From assembly GCA_963717095.1 (NCBI GenBank), contig CAVQVF010000005.1:360404-392403 (forward strand): a DNA stretch of 32,000 bases, read 5' to 3'. The stretch comes from an uncultured Alphaproteobacteria bacterium (lineage in GTDB: Bacteria; Pseudomonadota; Alphaproteobacteria; Rhizobiales; Devosiaceae). Made by a program: the position numbers and the translations under genes. Shown here one piece after another: positions 1-9,390 of this stretch. The notes under the pieces are model-generated. The model saw nothing but the letters and a program-made list of their open reading frames with translations. It was not told where the DNA came from and searched no databases. Every line of letters starts with the position of its first letter. Position 1 is the first letter of the stretch.

Positions 1-1186
1 CAGGAGCTACGAGACCATGCTCTGGCTGGCCGGGCACGATATCAAGTTCGAGCCGATTTTTTCGCGCCAGTCGTTCAAGCGTGACGGCAAGGACGTGTTC
101 TGGGGCGGCTTGACGCTGGCGGCGCAGAACGAGGGCGTTGGCCTTGTCGAGGCCGAACTCGACGCGTTTCTGCGCCTGGGCGGGCAGATACGCTACAGCA
201 CCGAGATGATCGACCTGATGGCCGAAAATGGCCGGGTGACTGGGGTTGTGGTCCGTACTGAGACCGGCGAAACCGATTGGATTGCGGCCGAAGCGGTGGT
301 GCTCGCCTGCGGCGGCTTCGAGGCCAATACCGACTGGCGGCGCGAACTGATCGGCAAGAACTGGGTTCACGCCAAGGTACGCGGCACCCCGCACAATACG
401 GGGACGGGGCTGGAAGTCGCCTTCCGGCTGGGCGCGCGGCGGCACGGGCGGTTCGATGGCTGCCATGCCACCCCGATGGATTACTTCATGCCCGAATACG
501 GCAATCTCGACATACCGCATGGCGAGCGCAAGCATTACCGCAAGATTTGCTACTTCCTCGGCATCATGATCAACACCGATGGCGTCCGGTTTAGCGACGA
601 GGGCGAGAACTTCCGCAACTACACCTATGCACAGCTGGGCAAGGCGGTTATTGACCAGCCGAACCAGATCGCTTGGCAAATCTTCGACGCCAAGGTGGAT
701 GGGCTGTTGTATAGCGAATACAGGTTTTTCGACGCCCATTTCGTCGAGGCTGACACCATTGAGGAACTGATTGCCAGGTTGCAGGGCCTTGAGGCGCCGG
801 AACAGGCCGTCCGGACGATCGGTGCGTATAATGCGGCGGTAGACGAAACCACCCCATTCGATCCCGCCGCGCTCGACGGCAAGGGCACGCTCGGCTTGAC
901 GCCGCCGAAGTCCAACTGGGCCCAACGCATCGATACCGCCCCGTTCCGTGCCTATCCCGTGACCGGTGGCATCACCTTTACCTACGGTGGGCTTGAAGTG
1001 GGTCCCACCGGCGGGGTTGTGGCAGCCGACGGACAGGAAATCCCGGGGCTCTTCGCCTGCGGCGAACTGGTCGGCGGGGTGTTCTTTAACGGTTATCCGG
1101 GTGGATCTGGCCTGACCTCCGGTGCTGTCTTCGGCCGCCGTGCCGGCTATGGCGCCGCCGAGTTCGCCGGCAGCCACAAGGTTTGA
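1..1186 (+). CDS. FAD-dependent oxidoreductase, TcuA-like flavoprotein (tricarballylate dehydrogenase / fumarate reductase flavoprotein family); 5' end lies outside the window
   Basis: The frame is open from base 2 (RSYET precedes the first Met at 17), so the gene starts upstream. Family-typical blocks are ACGGFEANTDWR, KVRGTPHNTGTG and the C-terminal FACGELVGGVFFNGYPGGSGLTSGAVFGRRAG. Stop TGA at 1184-1186. Family call by recognition only. Confidence 0.75.
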   Translation, partial: RSYETMLWLAGHDIKFEPIFSRQSFKRDGKDVFWGGLTLAAQNEGVGLVEAELDAFLRLGGQIRYSTEMIDLMAENGRVTGVVVRTETGETDWIAAEAVVLACGGFEANTDWRRELIGKNWVHAKVRGTPHNTGTGLEVAFRLGARRHGRFDGCHATPMDYFMPEYGNLDIPHGERKHYRKICYFLGIMINTDGVRFSDEGENFRNYTYAQLGKAVIDQPNQIAWQIFDAKVDGLLYSEYRFFDAHFVEADTIEELIARLQGLEAPEQAVRTIGAYNAAVDETTPFDPAALDGKGTLGLTPPKSNWAQRIDTAPFRAYPVTGGITFTYGGLEVGPTGGVVAADGQEIPGLFACGELVGGVFFNGYPGGSGLTSGAVFGRRAGYGAAEFAGSHKV

Positions 1187-1496
1187 CTATCGCGCTTGCA
1201 GCAGTAAGCTGCAGGCCATCATCTCCATCTCCCGTTCGGCGCTGCACCTCTGTCTTGCGTGCAACGGCATCAGCCTAGTTATCGAGGGCCGAAAGGTCGT
1301 GTCGATCTCGATCCCTTCGACGCACGTAGCATTGACGTTGGCGTGACCAGCGGAATCTGATGGCGCATTCCTCTTGAAGTCGCGCCGGGTCACTCCGATC
1401 CATTGCCGAGCGGGCGGCGTCTTCTTAGGGCCGATCCGCAATACCTCAAGTCCATCAGGGGATTGGAGCATTTTACCCGCAACGAAGATGCTCTTC

Positions 1497-1527
1497 TTGC
1501 GTCCTAACACATGCAATGGTATACAAT
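1497..1527 (+). promoter_or_regulatory. Candidate promoter TTGCGT-17 bp-TATACA overlapped by the near-palindrome ATgGTATACaAT (GntR/FadR-type operator shape)
   Basis: Read directly: TTGCGT at 1497-1502, TATACA at 1520-1525, and ATGGTATACAAT (10/12 self-complementary) at 1516-1527. It sits about 75 nt upstream of the ATG at 1601, in the AT-richer end of the 414-bp spacer. Confidence 0.3.
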
Positions 1528-1600
1528 GAAATGAGAGAGGAAATGCGGGGGGTCTCTGTGACCGAAACACGCCACCTCTCATCAAACAAGGAGGAAACAA

Positions 1601-2701
1601 ATGATCCACTCTGTGATGAGGGGCGGACTCGCCGTTTTGGCGACTGCCATGTTTGCCACATCGGTTTCGGCTCAAACGATCGATCCCCAATTGCAAGCCA
1701 GCTGGGACTATATGCAGCAGGCGATGCCTGGCGTTCCCTATTCCGTATTGGAGGCCGCATGCGGCGAGGGTACCGTCATGCTCTATCATGGCACGTGGGT
1801 GGACGCGCAGATGGAGCAGATTGCAGGCTTCAACCAGCACTTTCCGTGCATTAAGGTCGAGACCTATAGCGTCACCATGGGCGAGTTGCGCGAGCGCTTT
1901 CTCGCCGAGCAGCGCGCCGGCCGCTTTGTCACCGACATCATCCAGGATAGCGACGTGAGCTCGCTCGATGAGCATATCGATGAGGGCCTGCTGATGCAGT
2001 ACACCATCGCCAATGCCGGTGCCTTCGCCCCCGAAAATACGCATCCCAATTACTGGTATCCACTGCGCACCGCACTGGTTGGCATCGCCTGGAACACGGA
2101 CCTCGTGACCGATGAGGAGGCCTCGGTGCTGGGCGACTGGAAGGGCATGATCGATCCGCGCTGGGCCGGCCGCGCCGGCATCACCGATCCGGGGGACAAG
2201 GGCGTCGCCTATCAGCACTGGTTCTCGCTGCACCAAATGTACGGCGAGGATTTCCTCCGGCAGATCGGCGAGCTCCATCCGCGTATTCTGTCTGGCGCCG
2301 CCAACGCTATGGCTTCTCTGGCCTCGGGCGACGTCGCCATCGTGTTCAACGCCAGCGAAACCGGCCTGCTACCGCTGTTGGCGAAGGGTGCTCCCGTCAA
2401 ATGGACACTGCCCTCGCCCGGCGTAGGCCCGCTGACCGGGCAGGCCATCGTGGCGTCGGCGCCGCACCCCAATGCCGCCAAGCTCTACCAGGAATACGCG
2501 TTCACCCAGGAAGGATACGGGCTGTGGAACCGCACCGGCGGGGCGCCGGCGACCGACGCTTATCCCGATCAGCGGGACGTTGCCAAGGAGCCCTGGTACA
2601 AGCTGCCTGAAACGCTGTTTGCACTCGATCCCGACAAGGCCGATGCCGATTTCGATGCGCTTATGGCCAGTTTTCACGAGTTCATCGGCGCATCGCGCTA
2701 A
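1601..2701 (+). CDS. ABC transporter periplasmic substrate-binding protein (family-1 solute-binding, Fe(III)/FbpA-AfuA-like)
   Basis: 366-aa ORF with GGAGG 6 nt upstream of the ATG. Signal peptide MIHSVMRGGLAVLATAMFATSVSAQT. Followed by a cognate permease and ATPase. Confidence 0.85.
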   Translation: MIHSVMRGGLAVLATAMFATSVSAQTIDPQLQASWDYMQQAMPGVPYSVLEAACGEGTVMLYHGTWVDAQMEQIAGFNQHFPCIKVETYSVTMGELRERFLAEQRAGRFVTDIIQDSDVSSLDEHIDEGLLMQYTIANAGAFAPENTHPNYWYPLRTALVGIAWNTDLVTDEEASVLGDWKGMIDPRWAGRAGITDPGDKGVAYQHWFSLHQMYGEDFLRQIGELHPRILSGAANAMASLASGDVAIVFNASETGLLPLLAKGAPVKWTLPSPGVGPLTGQAIVASAPHPNAAKLYQEYAFTQEGYGLWNRTGGAPATDAYPDQRDVAKEPWYKLPETLFALDPDKADADFDALMASFHEFIGASR

Positions 2702-2714
2702 CATCTGACAGGCA

Positions 2715-2740
2715 GGGAGTCCGGCCCTGGCCGGGCTCCC
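2715..2740 (+). other. GC-rich intercistronic stem-loop directly after the binding-protein gene
   Basis: GGGAGTCCGGCC (2715-2726) pairs with GGCCGGGCTCCC (2729-2740): 11 Watson-Crick pairs plus one G-U. There is no T-run, and the next cistron starts at 2759. Confidence 0.4.
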
Positions 2741-2758
2741 TTAGCACGGATCATCGCC

Positions 2759-4486
2759 ATGAATGTCGCACCCCCCCTGGAAACGGAAGACGAAAGGGCA
2801 TTCAGGCGCCCCTTCGCACGCTATGGATCGCTGTTGACCTTCCTGGTCCTTGCAACACTCGTGCTGGCACCGGTGGCGCTGGTGATCTACGGCTCGTTCA
2901 GCACCGAATCCCCCGGTCATCCGGGTGCCGCCTTTACGATCGGCAACTGGATCAGGGTCTATAGCTCTCCCACTTATCTCTCGGCATTCTTCAGCACCGT
3001 AGCGATCTCGACGGTCACCGGCGTGCTTTCCGTCCTGATCGGCGGCGTGCTCGCTTGGATCGTCGCCCGCACCGATGCACCCGGCCGCAACCTGCTGGCC
3101 ATTCTGTTTGTCGTGCCGCTGATGCTGTCCAATCTCATCACCACTCTGGCCTGGATCGCACTCGCCGCCCCCAATGCGGGCTTCATCAACGTGATCTTCC
3201 GCACTCTGACCGGCGTCAAAACGCTGTTCGACATCTATTCCTTTTCGGGCATCGTGCTGGTGATGGCGCTTCACTATGCCGCCTTCGCCTTCGTGGCGAT
3301 CCTGGCGGCGCTCAAATCGATGGATGCGAGCCTGGAGGAAGCCTCCTATATGCTGGGCGCCAGTCCGCTGCGTACCGCACTCAACATGACCCTGCCACTG
3401 ATCTGGCCGTCGATCGCGGCGGTATTTCTTATGACCTTCGTCATGGCCGCCGAGAATTTCTCGGTGCCGACGCTCCTCGGCGCCCCTATCGGGCTGCAGA
3501 CGCTGACGACACGCATCTTCCTCGACATGACGGTCGCGCCCTCCGAACCCACGGTGGCGGCTACGTCCGGCACCATGCTGCTGTGGATCGCGTTGCTCGG
3601 CACACTCTGGCAGCGCCGTATTCTGAAGAACGCCAACCGCTTCGTTACCATCGGCGGCAAAGGCGCCCGCAGCCAGCCGACACAGCTCGGCCGCTGGCGC
3701 TACGCAGCTACCGGCGTGCTGGTGCTGTATTTCCTGGTCGCCGTGGTCTTGCCATACCTGACGCTGGTGCTGGGCTCGTTTCTCAACTTCATCACGCCGC
3801 GCATCACGCTGCAGACCCTCACGCTCGGCAATTACGAGGATATGCTGTCGGGGGAAACCTTCAGCGCGCTACAGAATTCGCTGCTCTATTCGGTCCTGGG
3901 CGGACTGGTGTTCAGCTTTGCCTACGTGGTCATCGGCTACTTCATCAAGTCGACCCGAAACGCATTTGGCACGCTTACCGAACTGGTCACCATCATTCCG
4001 ACCGCAATTCCGGCACTGGTGCTGGCACTGGGCGTATTGTGGCTGTTTGTCGGCATGCCACTGCCGATCTACGGCACGGTGGCGATCCTGATGTTCGCCT
4101 ATTTCATTCGCTTCATCGGCTATGGCGTGCGGCAGGCGCGTGTCGCCTTCGTGCAGATATCGGACGATTTGACGGAGGCGGCCCGGGTAAACGGCGCCAG
4201 CCCTGGCCGGGCTTTCATGGATATCTCAATCCCGCTGCTGCGGCCGACGCTGACGGCGCTGTGGACCCTGATGTTCATCAACCTGTTTACAGAAATCAGC
4301 GCCACCATCCTGCTGTACAGCTCCAGCACGCGCACTTTGCCGGTAATCCTGTGGAGCTACATGTCCTCGGGCCATCAACCACGCGCCTTCGCAATCGCCG
4401 TGCTCCAGGCAACCATAATCTTCGTCATCCTCTATGCTGCTGAAAAACGCTTCGGCATGCTCAAGAGCACAATTGGGCAGGGCTGA
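2759..4486 (+). CDS. ABC transporter permease, fused double-TMD type (FbpB/ThiP-like)
   Basis: 575-aa polytopic protein with two EAA-type loops (LEEASYMLGASPLRTAL and LTEAARVNGASPGRAF), indicating two tandem permease modules. Confidence 0.85.
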   Translation: MNVAPPLETEDERAFRRPFARYGSLLTFLVLATLVLAPVALVIYGSFSTESPGHPGAAFTIGNWIRVYSSPTYLSAFFSTVAISTVTGVLSVLIGGVLAWIVARTDAPGRNLLAILFVVPLMLSNLITTLAWIALAAPNAGFINVIFRTLTGVKTLFDIYSFSGIVLVMALHYAAFAFVAILAALKSMDASLEEASYMLGASPLRTALNMTLPLIWPSIAAVFLMTFVMAAENFSVPTLLGAPIGLQTLTTRIFLDMTVAPSEPTVAATSGTMLLWIALLGTLWQRRILKNANRFVTIGGKGARSQPTQLGRWRYAATGVLVLYFLVAVVLPYLTLVLGSFLNFITPRITLQTLTLGNYEDMLSGETFSALQNSLLYSVLGGLVFSFAYVVIGYFIKSTRNAFGTLTELVTIIPTAIPALVLALGVLWLFVGMPLPIYGTVAILMFAYFIRFIGYGVRQARVAFVQISDDLTEAARVNGASPGRAFMDISIPLLRPTLTALWTLMFINLFTEISATILLYSSSTRTLPVILWSYMSSGHQPRAFAIAVLQATIIFVILYAAEKRFGMLKSTIGQG

Positions 4487-4520
4487 CCACGACGGTCACC
4501 CTGGAGCCAGGAGTTCACGT

Positions 4521-5597
4521 ATGTCTGTGCTGCAAGTTCGCAACTTCGAGAAATCCTTCGGCGCCTTCAAGGCTGTCCACGGCATCAGCTTTTCACTCGC
4601 CGAGGGCGAAATTCTGGCGATCATCGGACCGAGCGGATGCGGCAAGACCACGACGTTACGCTGCATCGCCGGCTTGGAGCGGCCAACCGGCGGCGAGATC
4701 ATCGTGGGTGGGCGAACCGTTGCCAGCTCCACGGTGTTCGTACCACCTGAAAAGCGCGATATCGGCATGGTTTTCCAATCCTATGCCCTATGGCCACACA
4801 AGACGGTATTCCAGAACATCGCCTACGGGCTCAACATCAAGAACATGCCCAAGGACCAAATCGCCGAGGCAGTCGCCCGCACGCTGGATCTGGTGGGGCT
4901 GCGGGGGCTGGAACAGCGCTATCCGGCCGAGCTCAGCGGCGGCCAGCAACAGCGCGTCGCCCTGGCGCGCAGCGTCATCGGCGAGCCCCGAATAATCTTG
5001 CTCGATGAGCCGCTCAGCAATCTGGACGCCAAACTGCGCGAACGCATGCGCGACGATATTCGCAGCTTGATCCGCTCGCTCAATATCTCGGCCGTTCACA
5101 TCACCCATGACCAGAGCGAGGCAATGGGCATCGCCGACCGGATCATCTGCATGCACGCCGGCTATATCGAACAGGAGGGATCGGCGCGCGACATCTACCG
5201 CAAACCCCTGACGATGTTCGCTGCGGACTTCTTCGGGACCGTCAGCTTCCTCGATGGCGAGGTCATCGCTGTAGCGCCAGGCCAAGCCAGCATCCGTGTG
5301 GCGCCGCAGGTCGAGTTGACAGTCGCGGTGCGCGATCCGGTCCAGCCTGGCGACAAGGTGACGGTGGCTCTCCGGCCGGAAAGCGTGACAATGTCGACCA
5401 CACCCACGGCTGGCGCCAATGCCCTTACCGGAACGATCGCCTCGGAAACGTTCCTGGGCAGCTATTCGGACTACATCGTCGCCACCGGCGGCCTGTCATT
5501 GCGAGCGCGCACCAATATCGACCTGCCGGTTGGCACCACAGTCTATTGCACTATTGATCCGGCGCAGCTGAACGTCTTTCCCGCCGGCTCGAAGTAG
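4521..5597 (+). CDS. ABC transporter ATP-binding protein (PotA/FbpC-like, with C-terminal TOBE-like domain)
   Basis: Start ATG 4521 (MSVLQVRNF) preceded by GGAGCCAGGAG; the listed ORF start at 4434 overlaps the permease. Walker A GPSGCGKTT, signature LSGGQQQRVALAR, Walker B ILLDEPLSNLD. Confidence 0.9.
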   Translation: MSVLQVRNFEKSFGAFKAVHGISFSLAEGEILAIIGPSGCGKTTTLRCIAGLERPTGGEIIVGGRTVASSTVFVPPEKRDIGMVFQSYALWPHKTVFQNIAYGLNIKNMPKDQIAEAVARTLDLVGLRGLEQRYPAELSGGQQQRVALARSVIGEPRIILLDEPLSNLDAKLRERMRDDIRSLIRSLNISAVHITHDQSEAMGIADRIICMHAGYIEQEGSARDIYRKPLTMFAADFFGTVSFLDGEVIAVAPGQASIRVAPQVELTVAVRDPVQPGDKVTVALRPESVTMSTTPTAGANALTGTIASETFLGSYSDYIVATGGLSLRARTNIDLPVGTTVYCTIDPAQLNVFPAGSK

Positions 5598-5840
5598 CCG
5601 GGCCGCCACTAGAGGGTGTCAGGGACTAATTAACGCTGGTCTGAAGGTTTGTGGGATGCTCCTGTCCCGCAAGCCTTGCCCCCGAGATGTGTCCGATGAC
5701 GAATGGGCGTTTGGCGCTCGTCGATCCCAACGCCATGTCGAGAATTGAGCAGCCATTTTCGCCACAAGCCGCATTTCTTCGTGGTACGTTTGGCGGGCGC
5801 ATGGCGCGATGATAGCGATGGGAGAACCGCGGTGAACGAT

Positions 5841-6596
5841 ATGTCGTCTTTCAGCCTGGCCGGCAAGACAGTGATGGTCACTGGAGCCAATACCGGCATT
5901 GGGCAGGGCATTGCGCTCAGCGTCGGGCGGGCCGGCGGGAAGGTGATCGGCGTGGGCCGTTCGGCCATGGACGAAACGGCGCACTTGCTGGAGGCGATGG
6001 GGGCGGCGTTTGTCGCCGTTCAGGCCGATCTCAGCTCGACCAGCGCGGCGCAGGCGATGTTCGACGCCGCCTGGGACGCGCATGGGCCGATCGACGGCCT
6101 GGTCAACAATGCCGGGATCATCAAGCGCGTCGACGCGGTGGATTTTACCGAAGGCGACTGGGACCAGGTGATGGACACCAATCTCAAGACCATGTTTTTC
6201 CTCTGCCAGTCGTTCGGCAGACGGGCGTTTGGCAGCGGCCGCCAGGGCAAGATCGTCAACATCTCGTCGATGCTGAGTTTCCAGGGTGGGGTTCGCGTGG
6301 CGAGCTATACGGCGTCCAAGAGCGGCGTGCTGGGAATTACCCGGCTATTGGCCAATGAGTGGGCGGCCAAGGGCATTAACGTCAATTCGATCGCGCCGGG
6401 CTATATCGAGACCAACAATACCGAGGCGCTACGCGCCGATCCTGATCGTTCCGCCGCCATACTCGGGCGCATTCCGGCGGGACGCTGGGGTGAGCCGTCC
6501 GATATCGGTGACGCGGCGGTGTTCCTGTTGTCGGCCGCGTCCAACTATATGCATGGCGCGGTCATTCCCGTGGATGGAGGCTGGTTGGCCCGATAA
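5841..6596 (+). CDS. kduD: 2-dehydro-3-deoxy-D-gluconate 5-dehydrogenase (SDR family)
   Basis: 251 aa from ATG 5841 (MSSFSLAGKTVMVTGANTGIGQG). Collinear with E. coli KduD as I recall it: NISSMLSFQGGVRVASYTASKSGVLGITRLLANEWA, IPAGRWGEPSD, C-terminal VDGGWLAR. The listed ORF start at 5703 is an unsupported N-terminal extension. Confidence 0.9.
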   Translation: MSSFSLAGKTVMVTGANTGIGQGIALSVGRAGGKVIGVGRSAMDETAHLLEAMGAAFVAVQADLSSTSAAQAMFDAAWDAHGPIDGLVNNAGIIKRVDAVDFTEGDWDQVMDTNLKTMFFLCQSFGRRAFGSGRQGKIVNISSMLSFQGGVRVASYTASKSGVLGITRLLANEWAAKGINVNSIAPGYIETNNTEALRADPDRSAAILGRIPAGRWGEPSDIGDAAVFLLSAASNYMHGAVIPVDGGWLAR

Positions 6597-6623
6597 GGCT
6601 ATCGCCGCCATCGGGCCAGGCGT

Positions 6624-7466
6624 TCAGCGCAACATGTCCATGGGAATCTTATCCATATCGGTGAAGCTGATATTGTCGCCGGCCATGGCCCAGATGAACG
6701 AATAGCGGCCGGTGCCGGCGCCGGCATGGATCGACCAGCTCGGCGAAAACACGGCCTCATGGCTTTTGACGATGATATGGCGCGTTTCGGTTGGCTCGCC
6801 CATCATGTGGAAGATGCGGGTGTCGGGCTCCATGCCGAAATAGAGATAGGCCTCCATGCGCCGGTCATGCAGATGGGCCGGCATGGTGTTCCAGATCGAT
6901 CCGGGCTCGAACATGGTCAGGCCGACCAGCAGCTGGCAGCTCTCGCAGACATCGGGGTGAATATATTGGTTGATGGTGCGGGCATTGGCCTCGACCGCGC
7001 TGCCACCCTTGACCTTCTTGGCCTGGTCCAGCGTGATATGGACATTGGGAAGCGCGCGATGCGCCGGGGTGCTCACCAGGTAGAATTGCGCCGCGTTGGC
7101 TGCCTGAAGGCTGGACATGACAATGGGGCCGTTGCCCATGCCGACATAAAGGGCTTCCTGGAAGGCGAGCTCGTACGAGGTGCCGCCGACGTCGATGCGC
7201 CCGGCGCCGCCGATATTGACGATGCCCAGTTCGCGTCGATCGAGAAATCCATCGGTGCCGGTTTCCTTGACGCCGGCCAGGGTCAGGCTTTCCGATTGGG
7301 GAACGGCGCCACCGACGATCATCCGGTCGTAGTGGCTATAAGTCAGGTTGATCTGGCCGGGCACGAACAGGGCCTCGACGAGAAAGGCTTCCCGCAACCC
7401 CGACGTGCCCAGATTTGCGGATTCACGAGGCCCGATGGCATGCAGAACGGAAACATTTGTAGTCAT
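6624..7466 (-). CDS. kduI: 5-dehydro-4-deoxy-D-glucuronate isomerase
   Basis: 280 aa, with near full-length resemblance to E. coli KduI: RRELGIVNIGGAG, NTMPAHLHDRRMEAYLYF, HMMGEPTETRHIIV, SPSWSIHAGAGT, FIWAMAGDN. Confidence 0.93.
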   Translation of the reverse strand: MTTNVSVLHAIGPRESANLGTSGLREAFLVEALFVPGQINLTYSHYDRMIVGGAVPQSESLTLAGVKETGTDGFLDRRELGIVNIGGAGRIDVGGTSYELAFQEALYVGMGNGPIVMSSLQAANAAQFYLVSTPAHRALPNVHITLDQAKKVKGGSAVEANARTINQYIHPDVCESCQLLVGLTMFEPGSIWNTMPAHLHDRRMEAYLYFGMEPDTRIFHMMGEPTETRHIIVKSHEAVFSPSWSIHAGAGTGRYSFIWAMAGDNISFTDMDKIPMDMLR

Positions 7467-7544
7467 TGTTTTCTCTTCTTGAATATGGGTAGTCCGGCCA
7501 AAGGCACAGCGCCCCGGCCTGTCTGGCGGTGGTGAAGCGATCGA

Positions 7545-8399
7545 TCAGCCCTTGACGGCGCCACCCGTCAGCCCCGCGATGATCTGGCGCTGCATGATGA
7601 CGAAGACGATCACGGCGGGTACCGTCGCGGTTAACGAAGAGGCCATGAGCTCGCCCCAACTGATGCCGATGCCGTTCTCGTTGAACATCGCCAGACCCAC
7701 GGGCAGGGTGCGCATGGTGTCGTTGTTGGTCATGGTCAGGGCGATGAGGAACTCATTCCAGGCCTCCACGAAGGTATAGATACCCACCGCTGCGATCGCC
7801 GGTCGAGCTGTCGGCAGCGCGATCCGCCAATAGACGCCGAACCAGGAACAGCCGTCCATGCGGGCGCTTTCCTCGATCTCGCGCGGCAGGTCCATGAAAT
7901 AGGCGCGGAACATGAAGACCGCGAAAGGCAAGAAGATGACGACATAGGCAAAGATCAGCCCGGCTGGTGAGTTGACCAGCTTGAGCGCCGTCATCAGGAT
8001 GAAAAATGGGATCAGCAGAACCTGGAACGGAATGGTGGTGGTGCCGAGCATACCCCCGATAACCGCATTGCGGCCGGGAAACGGCAACCGTGCCAGCGCG
8101 TAACCTGCCATCGAGGCGATCAGCAGGGTGACCGCAGTGGTCACGATCGCAACCAGGAAGCTGTTGAAATAGTAGTGGGCAAACGGCGCAGCATTCCAGG
8201 CCGAAACGAAATTGTCGAAATTGATGGATTTGGGCAGCCAGGCCGGCGGGTTCTGGAAAATCTCCGGCTTGGTCTTCATGGCCGTGCTGATCATCCAGAG
8301 GAAGGGCGCCAGCCAGACCAGTGCCACGATGATGGTCAGGGCATTGGTCGCCACGGTTCCAATCAGGGATCGGCGTTCGTAGGGCGCGATGTCGCTCAT
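7545..8399 (-). CDS. Carbohydrate ABC transporter permease (CUT1, MalG/UgpE-like)
   Basis: 284-aa, 6-TM protein with EAA loop IEESARMDGCSWFGVYWRIALP. Its start overlaps the upstream permease stop by 4 nt. Confidence 0.9.
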   Translation of the reverse strand: MSDIAPYERRSLIGTVATNALTIIVALVWLAPFLWMISTAMKTKPEIFQNPPAWLPKSINFDNFVSAWNAAPFAHYYFNSFLVAIVTTAVTLLIASMAGYALARLPFPGRNAVIGGMLGTTTIPFQVLLIPFFILMTALKLVNSPAGLIFAYVVIFLPFAVFMFRAYFMDLPREIEESARMDGCSWFGVYWRIALPTARPAIAAVGIYTFVEAWNEFLIALTMTNNDTMRTLPVGLAMFNENGIGISWGELMASSLTATVPAVIVFVIMQRQIIAGLTGGAVKG

Positions 8400-9319
8400 T
8401 TCTTGCCTCCCTTGAGGATTAGGGCCTGGATGACGCTGAGCGCGCCCACCAGCAGGAAGAACACCACGCCGATCGCGCCGGCATAGCCGAAGTCGAAATA
8501 TTCAAAGCCTTGCCGGTAGAGGTAGATCAGGATGGTTTCGGTGGTGTAGAGCGGCCCGCCGCCAGTCATGATGAAGACCTGATCGAAGGTCTTGAACGAG
8601 CCGATGAGCTTGAGGGTCATCACCACCAGCAGCGTCGGCCGGATATAAGGCAGGGTGATGTAGTAGAAGCGGTCCCACAGGGTGGCGCCATCCAGCGCCG
8701 CCGCTTCGTGCAGGTCCCGCGGCACATTCTGCAGCGCGGCCAGCACCAGCATGGAAGACAGGCCGGTGCCGAGCCACAGATTGACGATGACGATCGACCA
8801 TTTGGCAAAATGGGGAGAATTCAGCCAGGGAATGCCCTTCTCGATCAGGCCCATCGAGGTCAGCGACTGGTTGATGAAGCCGAATTCGGTGTTGAACATC
8901 CAGATCCAGGCCATGGCCGCTACGGCGCTGGAAATGATCACCGGCAGGAAGATGGTCAGCCGCAGGACGCGCGCCAGGAAGGTCGGCCGGTTCATCAGCA
9001 AAGCAAGCCCGACCGACATGGCGGTGCCCAGGATCAGGTTCCAGACCGTGTAGAACGCGGTATTGCCCAGCCCTTGCCAGAAAATCCTGTCGCCAAACAG
9101 GCGCACATAATTGTCCAGGCCGATAAAGGTGCTGCCTGCGGGCTTCCACTGCACGAAGCTGAGCCAGATCGCATAGAGCAGCGGATAGAGCATCAGGCCG
9201 ACCATGATCACCAGCGCCGGGGCCGCCAGAGCGAGCCCCGCCCAGCGGTCCAACAGACCCGAAAAACTATGAGCGCTGGTCGCTCGCTTGATCGGCAAGC
9301 CGACGGAATTTGATTGCAT
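8396..9319 (-). CDS. Carbohydrate ABC transporter permease (CUT1, MalF/UgpA-like)
   Basis: EAA loop LHEAAALDGATLWDRFYYITLP. I place the start at Met49 of the listed ORF (MQSNSVG, 9319) because the longer ORF would overlap the binding-protein gene. The start is uncertain (alternative 9376); no good SD precedes either. Confidence 0.82.
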   Translation of the reverse strand: MQSNSVGLPIKRATSAHSFSGLLDRWAGLALAAPALVIMVGLMLYPLLYAIWLSFVQWKPAGSTFIGLDNYVRLFGDRIFWQGLGNTAFYTVWNLILGTAMSVGLALLMNRPTFLARVLRLTIFLPVIISSAVAAMAWIWMFNTEFGFINQSLTSMGLIEKGIPWLNSPHFAKWSIVIVNLWLGTGLSSMLVLAALQNVPRDLHEAAALDGATLWDRFYYITLPYIRPTLLVVMTLKLIGSFKTFDQVFIMTGGGPLYTTETILIYLYRQGFEYFDFGYAGAIGVVFFLLVGALSVIQALILKGGKK

Positions 9320-9390
9320 TGCGGTGGGCACGACTGGGTCTCCCGGCAAAAACAGGGCCAGCGGGCCCCGTTGCATTTTGACGATCAGGC

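Noticed and set aside
1187-2278. 363-aa minus-strand ORF opposite the 1601-2701 binding-protein gene
   Set aside because: It is antisense to a gene with a signal peptide, a strong SD and operon context. The composition is Ala/Gly/Arg-rich and there is no family resemblance.
3055-4443. 462-aa same-strand alternate-frame ORF inside the fused permease gene
   Set aside because: The product is Arg/Pro/Ala/Gly/His-rich with no hydrophobic segments. The overlapping frame encodes a coherent polytopic permease with two EAA loops.
6597-6623. Terminator between the convergent kduD and kduI genes
   Set aside because: The 27-bp spacer has no convincing stem-loop or T-run, so no terminator call can be supported.
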